This document shows, in pieces, positions 33,801 through 43,327 of a stretch of DNA of 64,000 bases (position 1 is its first letter; each line of letters opens with the position of its first letter). The DNA is from an uncultured Planctomycetota bacterium (GTDB taxonomy: Bacteria; Planctomycetota; PLA2; JAEUHO01), in NCBI GenBank assembly GCA_963752285.1, contig CAVVXN010000002.1, positions 480,001 through 544,000 on the forward strand, in the 5' to 3' direction. A model generated the notes under the pieces. It saw only the letters and a program-made list of their open reading frames with translations, did no database searches and was not told the DNA's origin. The translations under genes were made by a program, and so were the position numbers.

Positions 33801-34622
33801 CTACGGGACGTTCACGCGGGCGTTCTCGACGTTCGCGCCGAGGCGGCCGCCGGGGACGAGGAGCGGGACGACACGGCCCTCGCGTACCACCTCCACGGCG
33901 ACCTGGTCGGTGGGGGCGGTGCGGTCCCGGGCCGCCAGGAGCTCGGAGAGGTCGTGGACCCGGACCGCGTCGTAGCGGACGATCACGTCGCCCACGCGAA
34001 GCCCCGCCTCCCTCGCCCGGCTGGTGTCGGCGAGGCCCGTGACGCGGATCCCGTCGGCGCGCGCGAGGTCCACGGTGCGCTCCACGTGGCGGACTTCGGT
34101 CGTGATCTCGACGTCGATGGTCGCCGCCACGTGGTGGGGGGCGCTGAGGGGTTCGATCGCCGCGACGGTGTCCCGCTGGTCCGCGCAAAACCCCACCGCG
34201 AATCGCACGTCGGGAATGGGCTCCTCCGTCCGCGCGTCGAGCACCCGGACCTCGAAGCTCGCGGTTCCCGGCACGCGCACGGATCCCACGTCGGTCGTCC
34301 GGCCGGGCTCGACCCGGTATCCCAGGTCGCTCTCGTACGGGTTCGCGCCCCCGCCTTCGAAGAGCGCGGGCCGCCCCTCGATCCACCCGCCGTGCTCGTT
34401 CGGCCGAGCGTTCAAAGCCTCGGCGTCGGACGCGGCGCTCGGAGCCCGCGCGTTCGGCTCGACCCCGCGGAGCGCCGCCGCGCCCGGCGCCGCTTCGGCG
34501 CTCGCGGGCGAGGGCCGCGCGAGGTCCCTCGCGTCGCGCGGCTCGTTCCCCGATCTCCGCACGAGGAACCAGCCGAGCGCGACGAGCACGTCGAGCAGGA
34601 TCGCGACGACGATCGGCCTCAT
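33801..34622 (-). CDS. Membrane-anchored PDZ-domain protein
   Basis: N-term TM (MRPIVVAILLDVLVALGWFLV); C-term GIRVTGLADTSRAREAGLRVGDVIVRYD...VEVVREG; AAGGGGA RBS. Confidence 0.8.
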   Translation of the reverse strand: MRPIVVAILLDVLVALGWFLVRRSGNEPRDARDLARPSPASAEAAPGAAALRGVEPNARAPSAASDAEALNARPNEHGGWIEGRPALFEGGGANPYESDLGYRVEPGRTTDVGSVRVPGTASFEVRVLDARTEEPIPDVRFAVGFCADQRDTVAAIEPLSAPHHVAATIDVEITTEVRHVERTVDLARADGIRVTGLADTSRAREAGLRVGDVIVRYDAVRVHDLSELLAARDRTAPTDQVAVEVVREGRVVPLLVPGGRLGANVENARVNVP

Positions 34623-35027
34623 GTCCCCTTGGTAACGAGGTTTCCCCGCCGCGGGAACGAGGGAGGCGGCCTCCCGAGAGGGGACGCCGTCCCCCCGTCG
34701 GACGCGCGCGCTCCCTCTCGATGCACCGGGCTTCGAAACGTGCCCGGTCCGACGACACGCGCGGGACGCGGAGGTTGCGCCGCGTGGTAAGGCGCGGACC
34801 AGGGGCGCGGGCGCGCCCCGACTCGGACGCGCGACGCGCGGTCCACCATCCCGATGGCGCGAGGCGCCTCGGCGCGAGCGCGCTCGTCTCTCGGGGCGGT
34901 CGGCGACGCGAACGCAGGGCCGACGCGGGCGTGGGGGAGTCGAAGGACCACGATTTGCACGCTCGAGCGACGAGTGCCGGGACGACGGAAGAAATCTCGA
35001 GACGGTCCTTACGCGCCGCGTTCGGTC

Positions 35028-36584
35028 GTGCGCGTGTTCGTCCTGCTCGCGGCGGCGACCCTGGGATCGTGCGGGGAGCGAATCGTGACGACGAGCGCCC
35101 CCCTGCGCTACGACCAGGAGGGGCGCGCGCTCGGCCTGGCGCCGCGGCTCGCCTCGCCGCCCAACCTCGTGCTGATCGTCGTGGACGCGCTGCGGGCGGA
35201 CGCGCTCCCCGACGGCGCGGAGCCGGCGACGCGGATGCCGTCCTTCGCGGCGCTCGCGGAGCGGGGGGTCCAGCTCGACAACGCCACCGCGCCGGCGACG
35301 TGGACGCTCCCCTCCATCACGAGCATCCTCACCGGGCTGAGACCCTTGCAGCACGGGCTCGACTCGGAACGCTCGGTCGTGCAGCTCCCCGACGCCATCA
35401 CGACGTTCGCGGAGGTGCTCTCGGCCACGTACGGCTACGCGACGGCCGCGTTCGTGGCGGGGCCGTGGTTCGAGGGCCGGGGGGAGAGCGTCCTCCAGGG
35501 CTTCGAGCGAATCGAGCACGACTACTCCCTCCAGGGGACGGCGGAGCTCGTGGGGCGCTGGACGCTCCTTCGTCGCGGCCGGCCGTTCTTCCTCCTGCTC
35601 CACACGTACGACGTCCACTCGCCGTACGGGGCGGCGAACCACCCGTGGCCGCCGCGCCCGCTCGGGTCGGGCCGGACGCTGTCCCTCGGCGCGCGGCCCC
35701 TCCCGAGCCCCGAGGACCTCGTGCGCATCCACTTCCTCGACGGTCCCGCGTGCGCGAGGCTCGTCCAGGAAGGCGACGACCGCGCCGACCGGGCCTTCTT
35801 CGACTACCTCTACAACGGGTACCCCGCGCATCCCGATCCCGTCCTCTGCCAGGAGATCGGTGCGGGCTACTGGTCGGGCGTGCGCTGGGCCGACGACCAG
35901 CTCGGCACGACGCTCGACTACCTCCGGTCGTCCGGGCTCCTCCAGAACACCCTCTTGGTGGTGACGTCCGACCACGGGGAGTCGCTCGGAGAGCACGGGA
36001 TCCTCGGTCACGGACGCACCCTCCAGGAGTCGCTCGTCCACGTGCCGCTCGTCGCGACGGGGCCCGGCCCCTTCGCGAAGCCGCGCCACGTCGCGAACGC
36101 GGTGTCCCTCCTCGACGTGCTCCCGACCTTCCTCGACCTGGCCGGCATGGCGCCCCTCGCGGGGGGGGCGGGTCGCTCCTTCTTGCCGGCGATGGACGCG
36201 GAACCGGTGTGCCGCGCGGTCGTGTCGCAGGAGCGCCTGACGTTCGAGAACACCTTCCGGGACGTGGACGAGGTGCTCGTCTCCGCGCGCACGCCCCGTT
36301 GGAAGTACGTGCTGCGGTTCGACGCCCGCCGGGGCGCGGCCCGCGAGTCGCTCTACGACCTGCTCTTCGACCCCGACGAGGAGATCGACCTCTTCGCGAA
36401 GGACCAGGGCGACCTCGGCGAGGCGGGGATCGACGCCTGCGCCTGCGCGGCCGTCGAGGCGCTGAGGGACGCCCTCTGGCGCTTCGCCCCGCACGCCGCG
36501 GCCGACGACGACGTGGCCGTGCCCTACGCCTCGCACCCGACCGGCCCCACGACGCAGCGTCCCCCGCCCTGCGACGCGCCGTAG
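35028..36584 (+). CDS. Sulfatase-like (alkaline phosphatase superfamily) lipoprotein
   Basis: Lipobox LGSC; PNLVLIVVDALRAD, WTLPSITSILTG, LHTYDVHSPY, TSDHGESL, HGRTL, VHVPL, SLLDVLPT. Start uncertain (ORF opens at 34854). Confidence 0.85.
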   Translation: MRVFVLLAAATLGSCGERIVTTSAPLRYDQEGRALGLAPRLASPPNLVLIVVDALRADALPDGAEPATRMPSFAALAERGVQLDNATAPATWTLPSITSILTGLRPLQHGLDSERSVVQLPDAITTFAEVLSATYGYATAAFVAGPWFEGRGESVLQGFERIEHDYSLQGTAELVGRWTLLRRGRPFFLLLHTYDVHSPYGAANHPWPPRPLGSGRTLSLGARPLPSPEDLVRIHFLDGPACARLVQEGDDRADRAFFDYLYNGYPAHPDPVLCQEIGAGYWSGVRWADDQLGTTLDYLRSSGLLQNTLLVVTSDHGESLGEHGILGHGRTLQESLVHVPLVATGPGPFAKPRHVANAVSLLDVLPTFLDLAGMAPLAGGAGRSFLPAMDAEPVCRAVVSQERLTFENTFRDVDEVLVSARTPRWKYVLRFDARRGAARESLYDLLFDPDEEIDLFAKDQGDLGEAGIDACACAAVEALRDALWRFAPHAAADDDVAVPYASHPTGPTTQRPPPCDAP

Positions 36585-36665
36585 CCCACGACGCGAGCGT
36601 GCCCCTCGCCGTCGGTCCTTACCGCGCTCTGACAACTCGCCGGGCCGTCCCAGGAGGATCCGGCG

Positions 36666-38624
36666 GTGCGATCGCTCCGGGCGCTGACGATCCTGCTCGT
36701 CCTCCTGGTGCTCCTTCCGGCCGTGGCCCTCGCGTGGCTCGGCTGGCGGGGGGCGGACGCCTGGGAGGAGGCGACGCGGGCCCGGATCCGGCTCGAGCTC
36801 GCCGACGCCGAGCGGGAGATCCGCGGCGACGTGGCCCGCGCGTCCGCCGGGATCGAGGACGGGCTCCGCGCCCGCGTCGAGACCCTGGCGAAGCTCGCGG
36901 CCGTGGAGGTACCCGCCCGCGGGATCGGACCGGGCATGGCCCGGGTCGTCTCGGGCGTCGCCGACGGGCCTGCCCCACGGATCGCCTGGATCCGCCTCGT
37001 GGCGAGCGACGGACGAACCCTCTGGCCGGTCCCGTGGAGCACGGAGCGGCCGGCGTCCTCGGCACCGCTCGACGCGCTCCTCTGGGACCTCCGCCGGCGC
37101 GCGGACCGCGTGCGGGTCGCCGACGGCGACGCAGCCGTCGTCGGCTACTGGGGCGACGTCGCGGCCCGGGCGCACGCGCCAACGCTCGTCGCCCTCGCGA
37201 AGGCGGAGGCGCTCTGCGACTCGCATCCGACCCTCGCGGCCCTCCAGGCGATGGAGGCCTCGTTCGACGACGCGGAGCGCGAAGCGGCCGGGCGCCCGTT
37301 GACGCTCGCCCTCGTCGATCTCGCGCTCCGCCGGAAGGACCGAGCGGCGTCGTGTGAGCTCCGCCGGCGATGGGACGTGGGCCAGATCGCCGCCGTGCCG
37401 CTCACCGACGCCGAGCGCGAGTCCGCCCGCCTCGCGCTCAGCCGATGCGCGACCGGCGTGGCGGCGCCGCTCCCGGCGGGGCTCGACGGGCCGTGGACCT
37501 GGTCCCCGTGGTCGCAGGTCCCGGCGGAACGACCCGCCGTGGAGGCGCCGGTCCGGGGCGGGGCGCGCCTCGAGGCCTTCGTGCTCCCCGACGAGCTCTG
37601 GGGCGCGCTCGCCACGCGGATCCCGGCGCGGGTGGGCGACGCCGTGCACGCCGAGGCGTGGCGATGGGCCGCCTCGAGCGTGAGGGCCGCGCCCCTGTGG
37701 AAGGAGATCGAGGCGCGTACGACACCGCGTCTCGTCCTCCCCGGTCCGCTCGGCGTGGACGGCCTGGTCGTGTTCTGGCACCGCGACCAGGAGGCCCTCC
37801 GCGCGGGGCGCACGACGCGCCGGACGCTCACCCTCGCGGGCATCGCGGCCCTCTTCCTGCTGATGGCGATCGGTCTGCTCGTCGTCCGCCGCGCGGTGGG
37901 GCGCGAGCGCGCGGCGCGGCGCCTCCAGGACGAGTTCGTGTCGAACGTGAGCCACGAGCTCCGAACCCCCCTCGCGAGCGTCCTCCTCCACGCGGAGATG
38001 CTCGCCGAGGACGACCCCGGCCCGTCACCGGGGCGCCGGGCCGCCCGGGCGCGCGTCGTCAGGGCCGAGGGCGCGCGCCTGGCGGGCCTGGTCGAGGACC
38101 TCCTCGACTTCTCCGCGCTCGAGCGGGGCGCGCGGCGCCTCGAGCCCGAGCTCGTGGACCTCGCCCAGGCCGTCCGGGCCGCGGCGGCGCCCTACGCCAC
38201 CCTCGCCGAGGCCGAGGGCGTCGAGCTCGTGGTGGAGAGCCCCGACGGAGAGGTCGCGACGTTCGCCGACCCGCACGCGCTCTCCCGGATCCTCGCGAAC
38301 CTCCTCTCGAACGCGTGGCGGCACGGGCGACCGTCGCGGGACGGCGCGCCGGGACGGATCCGGGTGCGCGTCCTGGACGGCCCGCCCGACGTCACGGTCG
38401 AGGTGGAGGACGACGGGCCGGGCATCCCCCCGGAGGAGCGCGCCCTCGTCTTCGAGCGGTTCCGGCGGGGGCGGGACGCGGGCGCGAGACCCGGCGCCGG
38501 TCTCGGCCTCGCGCTCGCGCGCGACCTCGCGCGGTCCATGGAGGGAGACCTCGCCCTCCGCGAGGACCGACCGGGTACCGTGTTTCGCCTGCGGCTCCCC
38601 TGGCTGCCGGAGGGAACGGCGTGA
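36666..38624 (+). CDS. Membrane sensor histidine kinase
   Basis: Two TMs; H-box VSHELRTPL; N-box NLLSNAWRH; DDGPGI; GAGLGLA. Confidence 0.93.
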   Translation: MRSLRALTILLVLLVLLPAVALAWLGWRGADAWEEATRARIRLELADAEREIRGDVARASAGIEDGLRARVETLAKLAAVEVPARGIGPGMARVVSGVADGPAPRIAWIRLVASDGRTLWPVPWSTERPASSAPLDALLWDLRRRADRVRVADGDAAVVGYWGDVAARAHAPTLVALAKAEALCDSHPTLAALQAMEASFDDAEREAAGRPLTLALVDLALRRKDRAASCELRRRWDVGQIAAVPLTDAERESARLALSRCATGVAAPLPAGLDGPWTWSPWSQVPAERPAVEAPVRGGARLEAFVLPDELWGALATRIPARVGDAVHAEAWRWAASSVRAAPLWKEIEARTTPRLVLPGPLGVDGLVVFWHRDQEALRAGRTTRRTLTLAGIAALFLLMAIGLLVVRRAVGRERAARRLQDEFVSNVSHELRTPLASVLLHAEMLAEDDPGPSPGRRAARARVVRAEGARLAGLVEDLLDFSALERGARRLEPELVDLAQAVRAAAAPYATLAEAEGVELVVESPDGEVATFADPHALSRILANLLSNAWRHGRPSRDGAPGRIRVRVLDGPPDVTVEVEDDGPGIPPEERALVFERFRRGRDAGARPGAGLGLALARDLARSMEGDLALREDRPGTVFRLRLPWLPEGTA

Positions 38625-39304
38625 GCGAGCGGAAGATCCTGGTCGTGGAGGACGAGGCGCCGCTCCGCGAGGGACTCGCCGAACGCCTGGAGGCCGAGGG
38701 CTACCGCGTGGACACCGCGGCGACGAGGGCCGAGGGTCTCCGAGCGCTCGACCGGGCGCCGGATCTCGTCGTCCTCGACCGCCGACTGCCGGACGGCGAG
38801 GGCCTGGACGTCCTCCGGGCGCTCCGGGCGTCCGGCCGCGAGGCCGCGGTGATCGTCCTCTCCGCGCGCGGGCTCGCCGAGGACCGCGTGGAGGGCCTCC
38901 AAGGCGGCGCCGACGACTACGTCACGAAGCCCTTCCACTTGAAGGAGCTCCTCGCGCGGATCGAGGCCGTGCTCGCCCGTGGGCCCCGACGCGACGCGTC
39001 GGCGCGCGAGGTGACGTTCGGGAGCTTCACCCTGGACCTCGCGGCGCGCGTCCTCAAGAAGGGACGGCACGAGATCCCCTTGACGCGCCTCGAATTCGAC
39101 CTCCTCCGCTACCTCGCCGCGAACGCGCACCGCGCGGTCCCTCGACACGAGCTGCTCGACCGCGTCTGGGGCTACGACCGCTACCCCACGACGCGCACGG
39201 TGGACTTCCACGTCCTGAGCCTGAGGAAGAAGATCGAGGAGAAGGGGCGCGAGGGCGGTCACATCGTGACCGTGCAGGGCGTCGGCTACCGCTTCGAGCC
39301 GTGA
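38621..39304 (+). CDS. OmpR/PhoB-family response regulator
   Basis: ILVVEDE, LVVLDRRLP, GADDYVTKPF, winged helix RTVDFHVLSLRKK..TVQGVGYRF; GTGA-coupled to the kinase. Confidence 0.95.
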   Translation: MSERKILVVEDEAPLREGLAERLEAEGYRVDTAATRAEGLRALDRAPDLVVLDRRLPDGEGLDVLRALRASGREAAVIVLSARGLAEDRVEGLQGGADDYVTKPFHLKELLARIEAVLARGPRRDASAREVTFGSFTLDLAARVLKKGRHEIPLTRLEFDLLRYLAANAHRAVPRHELLDRVWGYDRYPTTRTVDFHVLSLRKKIEEKGREGGHIVTVQGVGYRFEP

Positions 39305-39390
39305 CGTCACGAGGTCGCGGGAAGTCTTACGGGCTTCTCACAACGCGGCGGGTCCGCGCGCGATGCTTTGGGAGTCCTCGGAGACCTCTC

Positions 39391-41943
39391 ATGCGCCGCC
39401 TCCCGCTCGGCCTCGCGACGACCTTCCTCGCGATCCTCCTCGCGATCCTCTTCGTGTTCCGCGCGCCGCCCGCTTCTGCGGACGACGACGCGGCGGGCGA
39501 CAGCGCGGCCGCGCAGGCGTTCCGCGAAGGGTTCTGGGCGGAGACCGGAGAGCATGCGCTCGACCGCGCGCTCGAGCGCTACCGCGCGGCGGCAAAGGCC
39601 GAGGGACCGGACGCGGTCCGGGCGAAGGCCCTCTACCGGGAGGGCGTCGTCCTGGAGCGGTTGGGGAAGACGGAGGATGCGATCCACGCTCTCGAGCGGC
39701 TGACGAAGGAGTACCCGGGCGAGATGGAGCTCCTCCAGGAGGCGCGCGCGAAGCTCGATGCGTGGACGGCGACGGACATCCGCTCGTCGTTCGACGAGTG
39801 GTACCACCGCTATCAGTACGGTCCGGAGTTCCAGGCGAAGGTCGTGGACCTCGTGCTGAAGCTCGGGCTCCAGAGCCCGAACGTGAACAACGTGCCCGAG
39901 GAGAAGGAGCTCCTCACGATCGGGGAGGCGGCGATCCCGGCGCTCCGGCGCCAGCTCGACTCCTCGAACGACGACCTTCGCGCGTGGGCCACGGCGGTGC
40001 TCCTCGAGCTCGGCGAGGTCCCACCGGCGAAGCCGATCGCGACGACCTCGATCTGGCCGTACCGCCGGCAGGCGTGGACGACGCTGCTGGAGCTCCCCGA
40101 CGAGCGGCGCGCGAAGCTCGTGGAGGACCTGCGAGCCGAGGGGGACAAGGGCGCGATGCTCGCGAAGCTCTGGGCGGAGACCGGCTCGGTCGGCGACCGC
40201 GGTCTCGTCCTCCTCCGGGACCCCGAGGCCCGTGGGTGGGCAGAGGCCCTCGCGAGGGTGCTGCTCACGCGACCCGGGGGGCTCCCGACCGAGGCGGCGC
40301 TCGTCGGCGCGGTCGGCGACCCCGAGCTGAACGGCGCGGCGCGCATGACGCTCCTCCGCGCGCTCCTCGACCGCGACCGCGTCCCCGCGAAGACCTGGCT
40401 CGGATGGCTCGGAGACGGCCCCGCGGACGTCCGCGGGGAGCTGCTCCGGCGGCTCGCGAACGGAGCGCTCCGGTCGGGGGAGGCGTGGCGCGTTCTCCTG
40501 ACGATCCCCCCGAACGCGAACTGGAGGTTCGGCGGCGGCGGGACCTCCAGCATGACGGAGATCCTCACCGCGCTGTTCCGCTCGATCGCGGCCGCGCCCT
40601 CCGACGCGGACCTGACCCCCGCCGCCGTGAGGCTGGCGTCGTGGTTCGACGAGAACGGCGGGGTGCTCCAGTCCCTCGTCTCGCTGAGCGTCCGGGACCT
40701 GCCCAACGAGGCGGGCGCCGGTTGCCGCAGGATCCTCCCCCTCGTGATCGAGGCCGCCCCCCCGGGCAGCGGCGGCTTCTACGCCGCCCTGGGCGCGTAT
40801 CGCTTCGCCATGACGACGGGCGGAGACACGAGCGAGGCCGTCGGTCGCCTGCTCGGGTGGACGAAGACGTTCCCCGACGACGCGCGTCGGGAGGCCGTCG
40901 GGGAGAGGGCGGCGTCCCTCGCCACGACGGGGGACGAGCTCGATCGGCTGTTGGAGGCGATGTCGAGCGTTCCGGTGCCCGTCGGCGTGAAGATGGTCGG
41001 CGGGCTCGACGCGAGCGTGAAGCGCCTGCCGTGGACACGCGAGCGCGTCGCGAAGCTCCTCGGCCTCGGCACGAGGCTCGAGGGCCACGGGGCCTTCTCG
41101 AAGCTTTTGTCCGTGTTCCTCCAGGATCGTGACCGGCTCGAGCTGGCGCTCGACGCCTCCCTCGCCGAGCCCTCGGTCGTCTGGGAGAGGACGTTCGAGG
41201 ACGTGACGCTCACCGACGAGCCGATGGGCGCCGCGCTTCGCCAGGGGGTGGAGAGGGCCTGGCCGACGTGGAGCGAGGCGCAGCGCCTCGCGGCCCTTCG
41301 TCTCTTCGGCGGTCTCCTCGCGTCGCCGGCCGACGCGCCCTTCGCGACGTTCCTTCGCGAAGCGCTCGCAGAGGCGCGGGGCGAGGTCGCGGTCGCGCTG
41401 GTCCGCTTGATCTTGGGCCGCACCCTCGACGACGTCCGCAAGGCCGTCGACCTCGCGGACCCGGCTGAGGCGGCAGAGGTCGCAGCGTGGCGCTGGCTTC
41501 CGCCGACGCTGGCGTCGTACGAGGCGCTCTCGGCCTTCCGCAGGCTCGCCGACGACCGGGCGCGAAGCGGCGTGTGGAACGGGTGGATCGACAACAGCCG
41601 GACGCCGGACCCCGCCGTGCGCCACCGGGCCGCACGGGACATGCTCGAGGATCCCGCCGCCAGCGTCCGCGCCCAGGGCATCGGCGTGCTCCGTGCGTTC
41701 CGCGACCCGGGCGACGTCCCGGCGATCACGAACGCCCTCGCGGACGAAGCCCCGGTCGTGCGAAGCGCCGCGGCCTACGCGCTCGGGGACGACTACGACC
41801 CGGCCGCGATCCGCGCGCTCGCCGGCCGCCTGGACGACCCGGACCCGAACGTCCGCGACGCCGTGCTGAAGACCCTCGAGGCGATCAAGGAGGTCGAGGA
41901 GCAGAAGGCCTACTGGCGGGCGTTCGCCGAGGGGAAGCGCTGA
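39391..41943 (+). CDS. Secreted TPR + HEAT-repeat protein
   Basis: Signal peptide (…PASA); TPR AKALYREGVVLERLG; C-terminal HEAT repeats (LADEAPVVRSAAAYALG, LDDPDPNVRDAV). Confidence 0.85.
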   Translation: MRRLPLGLATTFLAILLAILFVFRAPPASADDDAAGDSAAAQAFREGFWAETGEHALDRALERYRAAAKAEGPDAVRAKALYREGVVLERLGKTEDAIHALERLTKEYPGEMELLQEARAKLDAWTATDIRSSFDEWYHRYQYGPEFQAKVVDLVLKLGLQSPNVNNVPEEKELLTIGEAAIPALRRQLDSSNDDLRAWATAVLLELGEVPPAKPIATTSIWPYRRQAWTTLLELPDERRAKLVEDLRAEGDKGAMLAKLWAETGSVGDRGLVLLRDPEARGWAEALARVLLTRPGGLPTEAALVGAVGDPELNGAARMTLLRALLDRDRVPAKTWLGWLGDGPADVRGELLRRLANGALRSGEAWRVLLTIPPNANWRFGGGGTSSMTEILTALFRSIAAAPSDADLTPAAVRLASWFDENGGVLQSLVSLSVRDLPNEAGAGCRRILPLVIEAAPPGSGGFYAALGAYRFAMTTGGDTSEAVGRLLGWTKTFPDDARREAVGERAASLATTGDELDRLLEAMSSVPVPVGVKMVGGLDASVKRLPWTRERVAKLLGLGTRLEGHGAFSKLLSVFLQDRDRLELALDASLAEPSVVWERTFEDVTLTDEPMGAALRQGVERAWPTWSEAQRLAALRLFGGLLASPADAPFATFLREALAEARGEVAVALVRLILGRTLDDVRKAVDLADPAEAAEVAAWRWLPPTLASYEALSAFRRLADDRARSGVWNGWIDNSRTPDPAVRHRAARDMLEDPAASVRAQGIGVLRAFRDPGDVPAITNALADEAPVVRSAAAYALGDDYDPAAIRALAGRLDDPDPNVRDAVLKTLEAIKEVEEQKAYWRAFAEGKR

Positions 41944-42279
41944 CCGCGCGTCCCGGCGGGCGCCCGCGCGGCCCACGCCGCGCCACGGGCTTCCTCGGCG
42001 GCGACCGGGAGTCCCCACGGCGCGTGGGGGGGGCGTCCGCTCGCCCGCCCGCCGACCCGGGCGCAGGGCGACCGGGACTCATGACCCGGTCGGTCGGAGG
42101 GCCGTCCCGACCCGGTCCGTACGCATTCTGTTACCCTCTCCCGCCCTCGGTCCGACGGCGCGTCGCGGTGACGAGCCGCTCCCCGGACCGGGTGTCGTGG
42201 CGGTAGGCGGGAGCGGAGCGGTCGTTCGCGCGCGGGGCTGGCTCCGGCGGGCGCGACCCTCCTCCCGAGGAGGTTCGAG

Positions 42280-42876
42280 ATGCGTGGTTCGAAGCTGCTG
42301 GTCGTGGTCGCCGTCGCCGTGGCGGCCGGGTTCTTCGGCGGTCGCGCCTGGACGGGCGAAGGCGACGGCGACGGGCCGGCGTGCGGCATGGACCCGGCGC
42401 TCATGCAGCCCGGGCCGGAGCACCAGCGGATGGCGGAGCTGGCCGGGAGCTGGGACGTGGCGGGCGAGTTCACCCAGGGCGGTCAGAGCATGAAGACCGA
42501 GAGCAAGGCGACGTTCGAGATGATCCTCGGCGGCCGCTACCTCGTCCAGAAGGTCGAGGGCGACGCGATGGTCCCGGGTGGCGAGCCCTTCGAGGGCCTC
42601 GCGATCGAGGGCTACGACAAGGTCGCCAAGCAGTACTTCTCGACCTGGTTCGACAACATGGGCACCGGGCACATGGACACGACGGGTCAGGCGTCGGCCG
42701 ACGGGAAGACCCTCACGATGTCCGGCGAAGCGGACTTCGGCCAGGGCCCGATGAAGTTTCGTGAGGTGATGACCCGCACGAGCGCCGACGCGTTCACGAT
42801 GGAGATGTTCGCCTCCGACGGTCAGCACGAGGGCGAGCAGCGCGTCATGAAGCTGAGCTACACGCGTAGCAAGTAG
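42280..42876 (+). CDS. DUF1579 family protein
   Basis: PGPEHQRMAELAGSW, ILGGRYL, GYDKVAKQYFSTWFDNMGTG, KLSYTR; GAGGAGG RBS. Confidence 0.88.
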   Translation: MRGSKLLVVVAVAVAAGFFGGRAWTGEGDGDGPACGMDPALMQPGPEHQRMAELAGSWDVAGEFTQGGQSMKTESKATFEMILGGRYLVQKVEGDAMVPGGEPFEGLAIEGYDKVAKQYFSTWFDNMGTGHMDTTGQASADGKTLTMSGEADFGQGPMKFREVMTRTSADAFTMEMFASDGQHEGEQRVMKLSYTRSK

Positions 42877-42893
42877 CGCCGGCGGGCGATCGT

Positions 42894-42923
42894 CGCGCGG
42901 GCGGCCCTCGCGCCGCCCGCGCG
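42894..42923 (+). terminator. GC-rich hairpin (12-bp stem), possible terminator
   Basis: cgcgcgggcggc-cctcgc-gccgcccgcgcg just after the stop; no U-tract. Confidence 0.4.
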
Positions 42924-43242
42924 CCCCCGCTCTCCCGGCGCCGGGGGATCCGAGGCGGGCGGGGAAGGAAGCCCCGGGGCGGCCCGCGGGAAGGGGCACC
43001 CCGAGCGGCCGGAGGGCCGCGCGCCGCGGACCCGGCGCGGCAACGAAGTTGCCTCTCCGTGGATAGTCGGGAGCCGGCCCGAACGGGAGCGCCGGGCGCG
43101 CCGATCGGGGGAATCGGCGGCCACCCGGGGCGTCCCGAGGCGCCCCGTCGGGCCCGCGGCGGTCGGAAGCGACAGTGTGGCATCGGGTTGCGATCGAGTA
43201 CCGGTTCGGTCCTCGAACACATCCTTTTTCGGCGGTGTTTCT

Positions 43243-43258
43243 GGGTACGGGCGTTGCA
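43243..43258 (+). promoter_or_regulatory. Putative sigma54 -24/-12 promoter (GGGTACG-GGCG-TTGCA)
   Basis: Close match to TGGYACG-N4-TTGCW, about 70 nt upstream of ATG 43328. Confidence 0.55.
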
Positions 43259-43327
43259 TTTCGCTGCCGAGAGGGAGTCATTCCTTCCTCCGCCCCGGCG
43301 GACGTCCGGGAGATCGCAGGAACGAAG

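Noticed and set aside
43178..43192. TGGCATCGGGTTGCG as a sigma54 promoter
   Set aside because: GG-N9-GC spacing is one base short of the strict requirement; the motif at 43243 fits better.
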